A stretch of 64,000 nucleotides of DNA from an uncultured bacterium (GCA_963727525.1 CAVSGO010000005.1:64001-128000); one strand, 5' to 3'; shown: positions 38,057-48,543, counted from the first letter of the stretch. Program-made: numbers and translations. The notes: generated from the sequence alone by a model not told the origin.

Positions 38057-39270
38057 CGGGCACCGCGCGATGCGCTCAGCTCGCCATAGAGCGCGCCGAG
38101 CCGCGCCGAGACCTGGGCGAACGCATAGTCCCGCTCGATCGTCGCCCGGGCGCATTGCCCGCAGTCGCGACGCCGCTGCGGATCGTCGAGCAGCGCCGCC
38201 ATGGCGTCTGCCAGCGCCGCATCATCGCCGGGCGCCACGAGCAGGCCGGCGCCCGACGCCTCCACCAGCTCCGGCAAACCATCGAGCCGGGTCGCCACCA
38301 CCGGCAACCCCCGCGCCATGGCCTCGAGCAACACCAGCGGCAGCCCCTCCCAGCGCGAGGACAGCACGAAGAGATCGGCGGCCCCCAGTTGGTCGTCGAG
38401 ATCGGTGAGGTTGCCCGGCAGCCGCACCGTGGGCGCGAGATCGGACGCCGCGATCTGGGCAGTGAGTTCCGGTCGCAACTCGCCCTCGCCACCGATCACC
38501 AGGTGGAAAGGCCGGCCCAGGTCGCGCAGGCGGGCTGCCGCCGCGACCAACGTGGCGAAATCCTTCTGTGGCGTGAGGCGACCGGCGCCCACCACGTAGG
38601 GCACGCCCGCGGCGACTCCGGCGGCCGCCCGGACGGCCGCGCGCCTCTCCGGCGTGCACGGTGGTGGCACGGTCACCCCGTTGGTGATCACCGCGAAGCG
38701 CCGCACCTCGTCCGGTGTCACGTCCAGCTCGGCGAGCAGGCTGTCGCGCACCCTCGCACTGACGGCGACGACGGCATCACATCGTCGCAGGATACGCCGG
38801 TAGGCCGCGCGGCGCAGTCGTCGGCGTACGGGGTGGTCGGCATCCCCGTAGTCGAATTCGCGCGTGTTGTGGATCGTGGCCGCCACCGCGCACACGCGGC
38901 GCTCGGCGAGCAGGAGCCCCCAGAAATTCGCGCCGGGCAGATGCGACTGCACGACCTGCACCCCATCGCTGCGGATCTGGGCGGCGAGTCGGCGATAGCC
39001 GCCGATCACCGTGCCGAAGAACGGACCCACGGAGCCGATCGGCGCCCGCGCGAGGCCGAGTGCACGCACCGTCACGCCGGGTGCGACCCGGTCGGCGAGG
39101 GGGCCGTTCGCGTCGGTGAGCACATAGAGGTAAGCCGCATCCCCGGCTTCGGCCCGGGCGTTGGCGATCTGGATCGCCAGGTTCTCGGCGCCGCCCATCC
39201 CGAGAGTCTCGATGAGCTGGGCGACAGCGAGTGGATCCCGAGCGTCTGGCCTCGGCACTTCTGGCCTCAT
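38050..39270 (-). CDS. GT4 glycosyltransferase
   Basis: LIETLGMGGAE, VITNGV, GRLTPQKDF, FVLSSRWEGLPLVLLEAMARGLPVVAT (EX7E). Confidence 0.92.
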   Translation of the reverse strand: MRPEVPRPDARDPLAVAQLIETLGMGGAENLAIQIANARAEAGDAAYLYVLTDANGPLADRVAPGVTVRALGLARAPIGSVGPFFGTVIGGYRRLAAQIRSDGVQVVQSHLPGANFWGLLLAERRVCAVAATIHNTREFDYGDADHPVRRRLRRAAYRRILRRCDAVVAVSARVRDSLLAELDVTPDEVRRFAVITNGVTVPPPCTPERRAAVRAAAGVAAGVPYVVGAGRLTPQKDFATLVAAAARLRDLGRPFHLVIGGEGELRPELTAQIAASDLAPTVRLPGNLTDLDDQLGAADLFVLSSRWEGLPLVLLEAMARGLPVVATRLDGLPELVEASGAGLLVAPGDDAALADAMAALLDDPQRRRDCGQCARATIERDYAFAQVSARLGALYGELSASRGARC

Positions 39271-39280
39271 GGCGAGACCA

Positions 39281-40744
39281 TCACTCCCCGTACGGGATGA
39301 GCTGCGTGTAGGCCAACGAGGCCGTCTGATGGAGCCGCGACTCCGCTGCCGTCGCAGCCGCGCGATCGGCGAACGGACCAATGCAGACCCGGTACCAGGT
39401 CTTGCCGTCCACGGCCCGCGGCCGCGAGAACGCGGCATAGCCCTGGGCCTGGAGGCGTGACACGAGCCGACTGGCGCCCGCCGGATCGCGGAATGACGCC
39501 ACATGGACGGCAACCTTCCCGGCGACCCCCGGCGCCGTCGTCGAAGCCGGCGCCGCCATCGCGTCCGATGCCAGGGGCGAACCGTGGTCCCCCGCGTCAT
39601 TGCCCACCTCGGCACGCGCGGGCATCATCGCATCGGTGGTGTTCGTCGGCTGTCGCGTGAAGGTCCGCACGAGGTCGGGACCTTTCCAGAAACCCAGGAC
39701 CACCAGGGTCGCCACCACGGGCAACAGGATCGCAAGCGCCAGGCGCCCGCGGCCCCTGCGGGTCGGTTCGCGGCCGAACGCCGCGGTGGGCCCCGGATAG
39801 GGCACCGCGTTCACCGGTCGCACGGTGTCTTCGATGCTCGGTCCGCCGGGCGTGTGCAGCGGCGGTCGGGGCGTCGCTTCGGCCGGCGCGGCGGTCGCAC
39901 CGGCGAAAGGAGCCGCGGCGGGCTTGAAGAGCGGGGTCTCGTCAGTCACCGGCGGCAGATCCTCGGCGCGCACGTGCTTCGCTTCCACTTGCCGCTTGCC
40001 GTCGACGAAGGCCGCCAGGAGGCCACGGGAGGCCAGAATGTTCACCACGCGCGGGATCCCCTGGCTCAGTTCATAGATTCGATCGAAGGCGCCGCTCTTG
40101 AACAGAGGCTCCGGACAGCCGGCCACGCGGTCGCGGTGGTCGATATACTCCTCCACCTCACGCCGGCTCAGGGGCTCCAGACGATAGCGGACGCGAATGC
40201 GCTGGTTGAGCTGCGCGAGCTGCGGCCGACCGATCGTGGACTCGAGGGCGGGCTGCCCCACCAGGATGAGCTGCAACACCTGCTCCTCGGGCGACGACAG
40301 GTTCAGCACCAGGCGCAACCCCTCGAGCGTATCGGCGTCGAGCTGCTGCGCCTCATCGATGATGATCAGGACCTTGCGGCCGTCGCGCCGCATGTCGCGC
40401 AGCACGGCCTTGAGTTGCTGCAGCAGGTCGGGAATATCGGGTCGACCCTCAACCCGCTGGTCCAGCTCCAGCAAGATGTACTTGAGCAGTTCCTCGAACG
40501 TCATGCGTGTGACGTTCACGAGCACAGGCCGCAAATGGCGCGCCACCTGATTCAGCAGATAGTGGACGGCAAGGGTCTTGCCCGTGCCGATCCCACCGGT
40601 GATGAGAATGATGTCCTCGTCCTGCTCGATGCCGTAGACGAGATGGGCCATCGTCTCCCCGAAAGCCTTGGACTGATACACGAAGACGAGCTTGGGGGAG
40701 AGAGGGAACGGGTCGGTGTGCATCCCGAAGTGCGCGTGGTACAT
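39281..40744 (-). CDS. ExeA/GspA-like AAA ATPase with a TM helix and C-terminal SPOR domain
   Basis: MYHAHFGMHTDPF, Walker A GGIGTGKT, Walker B LIIIDEAQ, LILVGQP, SQGIPRVVN; SPOR-like VHVASFRD...WYRVCIGPF. Confidence 0.88.
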   Translation of the reverse strand: MYHAHFGMHTDPFPLSPKLVFVYQSKAFGETMAHLVYGIEQDEDIILITGGIGTGKTLAVHYLLNQVARHLRPVLVNVTRMTFEELLKYILLELDQRVEGRPDIPDLLQQLKAVLRDMRRDGRKVLIIIDEAQQLDADTLEGLRLVLNLSSPEEQVLQLILVGQPALESTIGRPQLAQLNQRIRVRYRLEPLSRREVEEYIDHRDRVAGCPEPLFKSGAFDRIYELSQGIPRVVNILASRGLLAAFVDGKRQVEAKHVRAEDLPPVTDETPLFKPAAAPFAGATAAPAEATPRPPLHTPGGPSIEDTVRPVNAVPYPGPTAAFGREPTRRGRGRLALAILLPVVATLVVLGFWKGPDLVRTFTRQPTNTTDAMMPARAEVGNDAGDHGSPLASDAMAAPASTTAPGVAGKVAVHVASFRDPAGASRLVSRLQAQGYAAFSRPRAVDGKTWYRVCIGPFADRAAATAAESRLHQTASLAYTQLIPYGE

Positions 40745-40929
40745 GCACCGCTCCTGCAAGCCGTGGGGTCGAGGTTCATGGCGACGGACGCCTCCCATGA
40801 TAACCCCTGGGCGCCGTTCCGGTACACCATTTCGTCAAAATCCTGGGCACGATGCGGGTTCCTGTCTAGAATGACGGCAGCCACCCCGTGACGCGGCAAC
40901 CGGACGGGACGAGTCGTCAGGAGCCGATC

Positions 40930-41949
40930 GTGAAGACCTTTCCTTGCTCGGCGCGCGGTTCGCGGACCGTGCGCATGCTGTGCCCCTTGGTGTTGCTGCT
41001 GGCCGGTGCTCCAGCAGCCGCCGGAGCCGTGCATCTTGGCGGCGTGGCGCCCGACCGCCCCGACGAACCGGGATTCGCCTGGCTACGCGAGTCCTTCACG
41101 TGCGCGCCGGTCGACACGTTGACGGTGGGCGTGGCGTGGCGGGACACGGTCCACGGGGACACGTCCGGGGGGACGAACGCGGCCACGACCTACGCCTGCC
41201 GCGCCTGGACGGAGGATGGTCCGGAGCTGACGTATCGCCTGGAGGTGGCCGAGACGACGGAGCTGGTGGCTGTCCTGAGCGATCTCGGGGGCATCGACCT
41301 CGACCTCGTACTGCTGACCACCTGCGACACGGATGCGTGCGTCGCACAGGAGAACACGGGATTCGTGGCCGTGCTCGACCCGGGCACGTACATCCTCGTC
41401 GTCGACGGCTACGACGGCGACGCGGGCCCGTTCACCCTCACCTTCGCTGGCAGCTACCCCGGCGTACCCCCGCAGGTATGCGAGGCGGGCGGCGCCACAC
41501 CCCTCGACCTCGTCGCGCCATCGCACTCCGTCGATGGCGACCTCTTCGGCAAGCCGAACGAGATCTCCGCTTACCCCCCGTGCAGCGACGTGGCTCACCT
41601 CGGCGGCGAGGACTGGTTCGCCCTCACCGTCCCCGCCGACAGTGTCGGCGCCCACCGGCGCATCGCCATCGTCGCCACCGGACAGAACGCCGCGCTCGAC
41701 CTCGCGCTCTGGCTCTTCGACGGCTGTGGTCCGGACGCCACGTGTCTCGACTTCGCCGACGCGGGCGTGGGGGGAACCAGCGAGTCCCTGGAACTGGAAA
41801 GTGCGGGCGACACCGCGCGTATCGTGTACCTCGCCGTGGACGCCCTGCGGTCTGTCACCGAGGGCGGCGGCGCGTATACCCTGCAAGCGAACACGACGTT
41901 GCCTGTCGAGAGCCGCTCCTGGGGCGACGTGCGCACGTTATTTCGCTAG
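40930..41949 (+). CDS. Secreted Cys-rich protein with PPC-like beta-sandwich repeats and SWGDVRTLFR tail
   Basis: GTG start with AGGAG; hydrophobic signal; two repeats of G.E..Y/F.L...DL.L.L...C...C...GTY/VYL.VD. Confidence 0.65.
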   Translation: MKTFPCSARGSRTVRMLCPLVLLLAGAPAAAGAVHLGGVAPDRPDEPGFAWLRESFTCAPVDTLTVGVAWRDTVHGDTSGGTNAATTYACRAWTEDGPELTYRLEVAETTELVAVLSDLGGIDLDLVLLTTCDTDACVAQENTGFVAVLDPGTYILVVDGYDGDAGPFTLTFAGSYPGVPPQVCEAGGATPLDLVAPSHSVDGDLFGKPNEISAYPPCSDVAHLGGEDWFALTVPADSVGAHRRIAIVATGQNAALDLALWLFDGCGPDATCLDFADAGVGGTSESLELESAGDTARIVYLAVDALRSVTEGGGAYTLQANTTLPVESRSWGDVRTLFR

Positions 41950-42242
41950 CCGCCGTGGCGCCGGACGGGCACTTTGCGAGCGTCCACCCGCCGCAATGGG
42001 GCGCCGACGGACGCGGCGGGACACGATGGACCACGCGGACGGAGCGGGCATTGTCCGTGCATGACCGGGAGCACGCCTCCCGGGGTTCCTGCCCGATGGA
42101 TCCTGCCGTGGACCGCCTGGTCCTCCATGCGTTCCCCGGGAGGCGGCACCCGCCCGCCGCCAGGACTTGATCCGCGTCCACTCAGTGCTTAATCTCCCTT
42201 GATTCGCACGGACGCTCCTCGTATGCGGAAGGATCCTGGGGC

Positions 42243-43940
42243 ATGGCCACCGCCAAGGGCAAGACATCGTCGGCATCCGCGCGGAATCGCACGGCCGAGA
42301 CCCTCGCAGAGAAGCAACGCGAGATCTCGATCAGCGAGTTCTTCACCAAGAATCGCCATCTCCTGGGCTTCGACTCCCCTGCCAAGGCTCTCCTGACCAC
42401 GATCAAGGAAGCCGTGGACAACAGCCTCGACGCCTGCGAGGAGGCCGGCATCCCGCCACGCATCGTCGTGGAGATCCACCCCGTGGCCGACTCCTTCAAG
42501 GGGCTCGACCTGCCCAGCCTCGCCGGGTCCGATCCGGCCGACGCCGCCGGTGGCGGCCGCAACGGCAAGAATCGGCGCAACGCACCGCCGGCGCGCGAGG
42601 AGGAGTACCGCGTCATCATCGAGGACAACGGCCCGGGCATCGTGGCCGCCCAGGTGCCGCGGATCTTCGGCAAGCTCCTCTACGGATCCAAATTCCACTC
42701 GCTCAAGCAAAGCCGTGGGCAGCAGGGCATTGGCATCTCCGCGGCGGGGATGTACGGCCAGCTCACCACCGGCAAGCCCGTCGTCGTCTACAGCCGCACG
42801 GGCCCGAAGCAACCGGCGCACCGCTTCCAGCTCCTGCTGGACATGAAGCGCAACGAGCCGGTGGTGCTGAAGGACGAGGAGACGATCTGGGACGTCGACC
42901 ATGGCACGCGCGTGGAGATCCACCTCACGGGCAGCTACAAGCGAGGCCAGCACAGTGTCGACCGCTATCTCGAGCAGACGGCGATCGCCAATCCGCACCT
43001 CCACCTCACCTACGTCAACCCGAAGGACGAGAAGTCCGTCTACGCCAACGCCACCTCGGCACTGCCGGTGGAGGCGCGTGAGATCATGCCCCACCCGTAC
43101 GGCGTGGAGCTGGGAATGCTCGCGCGCATGCTCAAGGACACGGCGTGCCGCACGATGACGTCGTTCCTGCGCGACGAGTTCTGCCGCGTAGGACCCAAGA
43201 CCGCCGAACAGATCCTGCAGCTCGCCCAGATTCTCGATCGCAAGAATCCGCACAAGCTGGTTCAGGACGACGTGCAGAAACTCATGGCCGCGATCAACGA
43301 GACGCGCATTCCGGCCCCGCCCACCGATTGCCTCTCGCCCATCGGCGAGGAGCTCGTGATGGCGGGTCTCAAGCACGGCGTGCCGGCCGACTTCACCACC
43401 AGCGTCACGCGACCGCCCGCCGTGTACCGCGGCAATCCGTTCCAGGTGGAGGTCGGCCTGGCCTATGGTGGGCAGCTGCCAGGCGACGACCTCGCCGAGG
43501 TCCTGCGTTTCGCGAACCGGGTGCCTCTGCTCTACCAGAACTCCGCCTGCGCGATCACCAAGGCGGTGCTCACGAGCAACTGGCGCGCCTACGGTCTACA
43601 GCAGAGCAAGGGCGCCTTGCCCTCGGGGCCGCTCGTGATCCTGGTCCACATGGCCTCGGTGTGGGTACCGTTCACGAGCGAGAGCAAGGAAGCCGTGGCG
43701 CACTACCCGGAGATCCTCAAGGAGATCAAGCTGGCCCTGCAGGAAGCCGGCCGACAACTCCACCGCCACATCCGACGTCGGCAGCGCGAGAAGGAAGCAC
43801 ACCAGAAGCAGAGCTATATCCAGAAGTACATTCCTCACATCGGCGACGCCTTGCAGGAGATCCTGACGCTCAGCAGCGCCGAGAGAGACGAGATCATCGC
43901 CACGCTGACCGACACCCTGGAACGCAGCCGCAAGGTCTGA
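42243..43940 (+). CDS. top6B: DNA topoisomerase VI subunit B
   Basis: [91 protein letters not shown]. Confidence 0.96.
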   Translation: MATAKGKTSSASARNRTAETLAEKQREISISEFFTKNRHLLGFDSPAKALLTTIKEAVDNSLDACEEAGIPPRIVVEIHPVADSFKGLDLPSLAGSDPADAAGGGRNGKNRRNAPPAREEEYRVIIEDNGPGIVAAQVPRIFGKLLYGSKFHSLKQSRGQQGIGISAAGMYGQLTTGKPVVVYSRTGPKQPAHRFQLLLDMKRNEPVVLKDEETIWDVDHGTRVEIHLTGSYKRGQHSVDRYLEQTAIANPHLHLTYVNPKDEKSVYANATSALPVEAREIMPHPYGVELGMLARMLKDTACRTMTSFLRDEFCRVGPKTAEQILQLAQILDRKNPHKLVQDDVQKLMAAINETRIPAPPTDCLSPIGEELVMAGLKHGVPADFTTSVTRPPAVYRGNPFQVEVGLAYGGQLPGDDLAEVLRFANRVPLLYQNSACAITKAVLTSNWRAYGLQQSKGALPSGPLVILVHMASVWVPFTSESKEAVAHYPEILKEIKLALQEAGRQLHRHIRRRQREKEAHQKQSYIQKYIPHIGDALQEILTLSSAERDEIIATLTDTLERSRKV

Positions 43941-43976
43941 GCGGCGCGAGATCCGGGCGAACCTTGGAGGCTCATC

Positions 43977-45488
43977 ATGTCCAGCGCATACGAGAAATTT
44001 CAGGCGGCGGTGCAGACGATCCATCAGCTCGGAGGCGCCATGGCGTTGCTCGGCTGGGATCAGGAAGTCTGCCTACCGACGGCCGGGAGCCCCTCGCGCG
44101 CCGGGCATCGCATGGCCCTGGCCACGGTGATCCACGAGAAGATCGGCCAGCCGCGCCTCGGCGCGCTGATCGACCGGCTGCAGGACATGCCCCTCGACCC
44201 GGTCGCCGCCGCCAACGTGCGGGAGATGAAGCGCAGTCGCGACCGGGCGATCCGAATACCGGCCCGCCTCGTATCCGACCTGGCGCAGGCCACCTCCCTG
44301 GCCCATCGCGACTGGGTCGTCGCACGCGAGCGCAACGACTGGCGGCTCTTCGCCCCCCATCTGGCGCGGCTGGTGGAACTCAAGCGCCAGGAGGCCGAGG
44401 CCGTCGGTTATGTCGACGAGCCGTACGACGCCCTGCTCGACGAGTACGAACCGGGCGCCCGGGTCGCGCACCTGTTGCCGCTCTTCGACGAGTTGCGAGA
44501 GGCCCTACGCGCGCTGGTGGACGCGATAGGCGCCAGACCGCCACATACGAGCGTGATCCTGCAGGGCGACTTCCCGACCGCGCGCCAGCAGCACCTCGGC
44601 AGGCGCGTGCTCGCCGCCATGGGTTTCGATTTCCACACCGGACGACTCGACGAATCGGCCCATCCGTTCACCGAGGCCATGGGCATCGACGACGTACGCA
44701 TCACGAGCCGGTACCATGAGGGTGACCTCGGACCCGGCCTGTACGCCAATCTGCACGAGGGTGGTCACGCGCTGTACGAGCAGGGGCTGCCGCAGACGTG
44801 GCGCGAGCAGGCGGTAGGCCAGGCCGTGAGCCTGGGCATCCACGAGTCGCAGTCACGCCTGTGGGAGAATCACGTGGGGCGTAGCCGCGAGTTCTGCACG
44901 TGGCTGCTTCCGATGCTACGCGAGGACTTTCCCGACGCCTTCGCCGACGTGACGGGAGATGCGCTCTATCACGCCGCCAACGTCGTGGCGCCATCGCTCA
45001 TCCGGATCGAGGCCGACGAGGTCACCTACAACCTGCACATCATCCTGCGCCTGGAGATCGAGCGTGCCCTGGTGCGGGGCGAACTCGCGGCGGACGACGT
45101 GGCCGCCGTATGGCGCGAGCGCACGAGCAGCGACCTCGGCATCGCGCCGACCACGGATGCCGAGGGCGCCCTCCAGGATATCCACTGGAGCACCGGCAGC
45201 ATCGGGTACTTCCCCACTTACACGCTCGGCAACCTCTACGCAGCGCAGCTCTTCACCGCCGCGCGCCAGCAGATCCCCGACCTCGACGCGAGCGTGGCGC
45301 GCGGCGATTTCGGCCCCTTGCTGGGCTGGCTACGCCGGGAGATCCACGGCCGGGCCAGCCTGCTGATGGCCGGCGATCTCTGCCGCGAGGTGACGGGTGC
45401 CACGGTGAGCACCGAACCGTATCTGAGCTACCTGCGCGCGAAGTTCGGCGAGATCTACGACCTGCCGTCACCGGACGGCCGTGCATGA
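43977..45488 (+). CDS. M32 carboxypeptidase (Taq family)
   Basis: LGWDQE, YDALLDEYEPG, AHPF, DVRITSRY, LHEGGHALYEQG, IHESQSRLWEN, IRIEADEVTY, QDIHWS, GYFPTYTLG. Confidence 0.95.
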   Translation: MSSAYEKFQAAVQTIHQLGGAMALLGWDQEVCLPTAGSPSRAGHRMALATVIHEKIGQPRLGALIDRLQDMPLDPVAAANVREMKRSRDRAIRIPARLVSDLAQATSLAHRDWVVARERNDWRLFAPHLARLVELKRQEAEAVGYVDEPYDALLDEYEPGARVAHLLPLFDELREALRALVDAIGARPPHTSVILQGDFPTARQQHLGRRVLAAMGFDFHTGRLDESAHPFTEAMGIDDVRITSRYHEGDLGPGLYANLHEGGHALYEQGLPQTWREQAVGQAVSLGIHESQSRLWENHVGRSREFCTWLLPMLREDFPDAFADVTGDALYHAANVVAPSLIRIEADEVTYNLHIILRLEIERALVRGELAADDVAAVWRERTSSDLGIAPTTDAEGALQDIHWSTGSIGYFPTYTLGNLYAAQLFTAARQQIPDLDASVARGDFGPLLGWLRREIHGRASLLMAGDLCREVTGATVSTEPYLSYLRAKFGEIYDLPSPDGRA

Positions 45489-46171
45489 GCGTACCTGGCG
45501 CGGCGATCGTCGAACGCGTGCTCGCCGACCATGAGCGGACGCTCGGCCATGAGCTGACGATCCTCGAGGCCGGCAGCGGTCGCTACCGCCACTTCGACTA
45601 TCCCGCGGGTTCGCGCATCACCGGGCTCGATATCTCGGCGGAGCAGCTCGCCGCCAACGACTACGCGCACGAGAAGATCGAGGGCGACATCCAGACCTGG
45701 CAGACCGATCGCCAGTGGGACGTCGTGATCAACATCTACGTGCTCGAACACGTGGAAGACCCGCGCCGCGCCCTGGCCAACCTCCTCGCCTGGACCCGCC
45801 CGGGTGGCTACCTCGTGGTCGCCGTACCCAATCTGTTCTCGCTCAAGGGCCTGGCGACGAAAGCCACGCCCTTCTGGTTCCACCACTGGTTCTACCGTCA
45901 CATCTATCGCCGGCCCTATGCGATCTTCCCCACCACGCTGAAGCTCGCCGTGGCGCCCCGCCATCTCCGACGTCAACTGGCCGGCACCCGCATCGTGTGC
46001 GAGCATTACACGCAGGAGCGCCTGTCGCCGAGGTTCCAGCCGCTCTACCGCGCGGCGATCGCCGTGCTGAAGCTCCTGAGCCTCGGGCGCTGGCGGCCCG
46101 AGGACGCGAACTACCTGCTGGTGGTCCGGCGCCACGACGCGGACACGCCCGCGACCCGAGAGGTGGACTGA
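45485..46171 (+). CDS. Class I SAM-dependent methyltransferase
   Basis: ILEAGSG, GLDIS, YVLEHVEDP, RPGGYLVVAVPN; ATGA overlap with the M32 gene. Confidence 0.85.
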   Translation: MSVPGAAIVERVLADHERTLGHELTILEAGSGRYRHFDYPAGSRITGLDISAEQLAANDYAHEKIEGDIQTWQTDRQWDVVINIYVLEHVEDPRRALANLLAWTRPGGYLVVAVPNLFSLKGLATKATPFWFHHWFYRHIYRRPYAIFPTTLKLAVAPRHLRRQLAGTRIVCEHYTQERLSPRFQPLYRAAIAVLKLLSLGRWRPEDANYLLVVRRHDADTPATREVD

Positions 46172-46172
46172 G

Positions 46173-47516
46173 TTGCCCCCGAAGAAGAAAACGAAAGCGC
46201 CCCCCCGCGGCCGCAAACCGAGCCAGGCGAGCGGCGCGCGCAAGCCGTCGGAGCCACAGCAGGAGCTGCTCTTCGGCGCACCGCGCACGAGTGCCGGCGA
46301 CACGAGCGACAAGCCGTCCCGGGCGAGAACGAAGAAGACACCGGTGGCAAGAGCGACGCCGACGAGCGTCACGTCGAGAACGACGGCCGCGGACAGGGCC
46401 GACGCGGACACGACGGCCGGCAGGACGCCGTCGTTCAAGCCGGTGGCGCGGCGCATCCGCGGCCAGGCCGGCGTCATCCAGCAATCGATCCTCGCCGGCA
46501 ACAAGCCCAATCTCAAGTTCCCCCTGCGCTCGCTACAGAACGTGAGCTACGAGCCCCGCAGCGGTTACTTCAAGCTCCGCGGGCGGTTCAAGGAACGCAC
46601 GCTCACGGTCGCCACCGTCAAGACCTTCGCGCAGACGCTCAAGATGATGGCCCTGGCCAAGGAGCTGGTGGACACCGACGACATCGCCACCAAGCGAGAA
46701 GCCTATTACGTCTCTAAGAACTGGGCCGACGCGCGCTTCAAGGAACAACCCGAGAGCGACACGGTGATGGAGGACGTCGAGGCGCTCTTCGGCGTCAACC
46801 GCGAGCAGCTCGGCTTCGTGCCCGAGGAGAAGGGCGGCGACGTCGCCGGCAAGCTCGTCGTGGTCGACCGCGACCGCGACACCGGCGAACGTCTGGAGAT
46901 CGACTGCACCCGTTTCGGAAGCGGCGCCTACTCGGTGCCCGTCGCGGTCGAGGCGCTGGAGTTCGAAACCGACGCCACGTTCATCCTCTGCATCGAGACC
47001 GCCGGCATGTTCCAGCGCCTCGTGAAGCATAACTACTGGAAGCATGCCGATTGCATCCTGATCTCCATGGGTGGCGTGCCCACACGTGCGTGCCGGCGTT
47101 TCGTGCGGCGACTGGCCGACGACAAGGGTCTGCCCGTGTACGTCTTCGTCGACGGCGACCCCTATGGCTATTCGAATATCTACCGCACGCTCAAGGTGGG
47201 CAGCGGTAACGCGGCTCACCTGAACGAGTACTTCTGCGTCCCGCAGGCGCATCTGCTGGGCATCACGCCCCAGGACATCATCGAGTACGAGTTACCCACG
47301 CATCCGCTGAAGGAAGTTGACATCAAGCGTGCCAAGGACGCGCTGAAGAACGACCCCTTCATCCTGCATCACAAGCCATGGCAGGACGCGCTCCTGCAGA
47401 TGATCAAGATGGGCGTGCGCGCCGAGCAGCAGGCGCTGGCGAAACATGGACTCAACTACGTGATCGACGAATACCTGCCGCAGAAGCTGGCGCGCGTTTC
47501 GCGCTTCCTGCCCTAG
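46173..47516 (+). CDS. top6A: DNA topoisomerase VI subunit A (Spo11 family)
   Basis: TKREAYY (catalytic Tyr region), QPESDTVMEDVE, Toprim CIETAG and DGDPYG, GVPTRACRRF, AEQQAL. Confidence 0.95.
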   Translation: MPPKKKTKAPPRGRKPSQASGARKPSEPQQELLFGAPRTSAGDTSDKPSRARTKKTPVARATPTSVTSRTTAADRADADTTAGRTPSFKPVARRIRGQAGVIQQSILAGNKPNLKFPLRSLQNVSYEPRSGYFKLRGRFKERTLTVATVKTFAQTLKMMALAKELVDTDDIATKREAYYVSKNWADARFKEQPESDTVMEDVEALFGVNREQLGFVPEEKGGDVAGKLVVVDRDRDTGERLEIDCTRFGSGAYSVPVAVEALEFETDATFILCIETAGMFQRLVKHNYWKHADCILISMGGVPTRACRRFVRRLADDKGLPVYVFVDGDPYGYSNIYRTLKVGSGNAAHLNEYFCVPQAHLLGITPQDIIEYELPTHPLKEVDIKRAKDALKNDPFILHHKPWQDALLQMIKMGVRAEQQALAKHGLNYVIDEYLPQKLARVSRFLP

Positions 47517-47541
47517 CCCGGACGATCCGGGCCACACACGA

Positions 47542-47571
47542 GAGCCGCGCGTCGATCGCGACGCGCGGCTC
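47542..47571. terminator. 13-bp GC hairpin between convergent genes
   Basis: GAGCCGCGCGTCG-ATCG-CGACGCGCGGCTC; no U-tract. Confidence 0.5.
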
Positions 47572-47593
47572 CGCGGTTCCTGTCCCATGTGCT

Positions 47594-48394
47594 CTACTCG
47601 AACCGCGCCTTCACGTCGCTCCAGGTCGCGGGCTCGGCAGCCACGTTGGCCTCCGGCAGCATGATCACTTCACCGCTCGGCAAGGCCGCGTAGAGCCCGA
47701 ACGAGGCGAGCGTCTTGCCCGACAGGAAGCCCGAGGCAAACACGACCGCACCCGCCCCGCCGAAACCGGACAGGGGAGCCTCGTAGCTCGCCACGATGGT
47801 GCCGTTGTCGCCGGCCGGCGTCACGCGCAGCGTATAGTCGGCCGCCGGCACGCTGATGTAACCGGCGAATTCGCCGTAGCCGAGATCGGGCACGAGCACG
47901 CCTGCGCCATCAGCCAGGATGTCGACGGTGGGCGCGTCGGGCGCACCATGGTAGGCCAGGAGCGCCACCTGATCAGAAGGCGCCGACGTCGTGAGCGGCG
48001 TGAAGATCTTCAGCGTGAAGCTCGTGTCCCGGCCTTCCGGATTGGGGGGCAAGCTGGTGTCGAGCACGCCGCCCGCCATCACCACGTAGCGTTCGCCCGC
48101 GGTGAGGGTGACGGGAAATGCGGCGATGATATCGGCCGGCCCGCTGCTGTTGCCCGGCGCCACGCCGATCGACAGCTCCACGCCCGCGTCCAGCGGCAAG
48201 ACAGGGGTGGCGGCGCGGAACGCGAAATCGTCGATGGCCAGATTGTCGTCGATGTAGATGTCGACGACGGCCGCAGCCGGGTCCGGGGCGTTGTGGATGA
48301 CCTGGACGTCGGCCGTCTGGGCCGACGCCGTCGCCGCGAGTAGCAGCAGTGTGCTCGTCAATCCGATCAGGGAATGCACCATCGTGGTACGCAT
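47594..48394 (-). CDS. Secreted DUF4397-domain protein with TWSDVKARFE tail
   Basis: GAGGAGG RBS; signal peptide; tandem VQVIHNAPDP..VDIYI and LAYHGAPDAPTVDI repeats typical of DUF4397. Confidence 0.82.
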   Translation of the reverse strand: MRTTMVHSLIGLTSTLLLLAATASAQTADVQVIHNAPDPAAAVVDIYIDDNLAIDDFAFRAATPVLPLDAGVELSIGVAPGNSSGPADIIAAFPVTLTAGERYVVMAGGVLDTSLPPNPEGRDTSFTLKIFTPLTTSAPSDQVALLAYHGAPDAPTVDILADGAGVLVPDLGYGEFAGYISVPAADYTLRVTPAGDNGTIVASYEAPLSGFGGAGAVVFASGFLSGKTLASFGLYAALPSGEVIMLPEANVAAEPATWSDVKARFE

Positions 48395-48488
48395 GGAAGC
48401 CTCCTCGGCTTTGCGGACGGGACCGAGTCCCGGATGTTGTCCGTCTTGCACCCGGCGCTTCATGGCACCCGGCGCCTCTCTGCGAAAC

Positions 48489-48543
48489 ACGATAAGAAAA
48501 GTCCATCTAATGTCAATATTTTATCTAGACATATCTTGGACAT
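48489..48543 (-). promoter_or_regulatory. Sigma70 promoter of the DUF4397 gene overlapped by CarH-type 11-bp repeats
   Basis: Minus strand TTGACA, 16 nt, TATCGT. 11-mers AATATTGACAT and TAGATGGACTT on minus; TATCTAGACAT and ATCTTGGACAT on plus (48522-48543). Confidence 0.72.

Noticed and set aside
36573-38063. Apparent 751-aa Wza fusion (ORF 35808..38063)
   Set aside because: The upstream part is an alternate frame over wzx; wza has its own promoter, RBS and lipobox from 36572.
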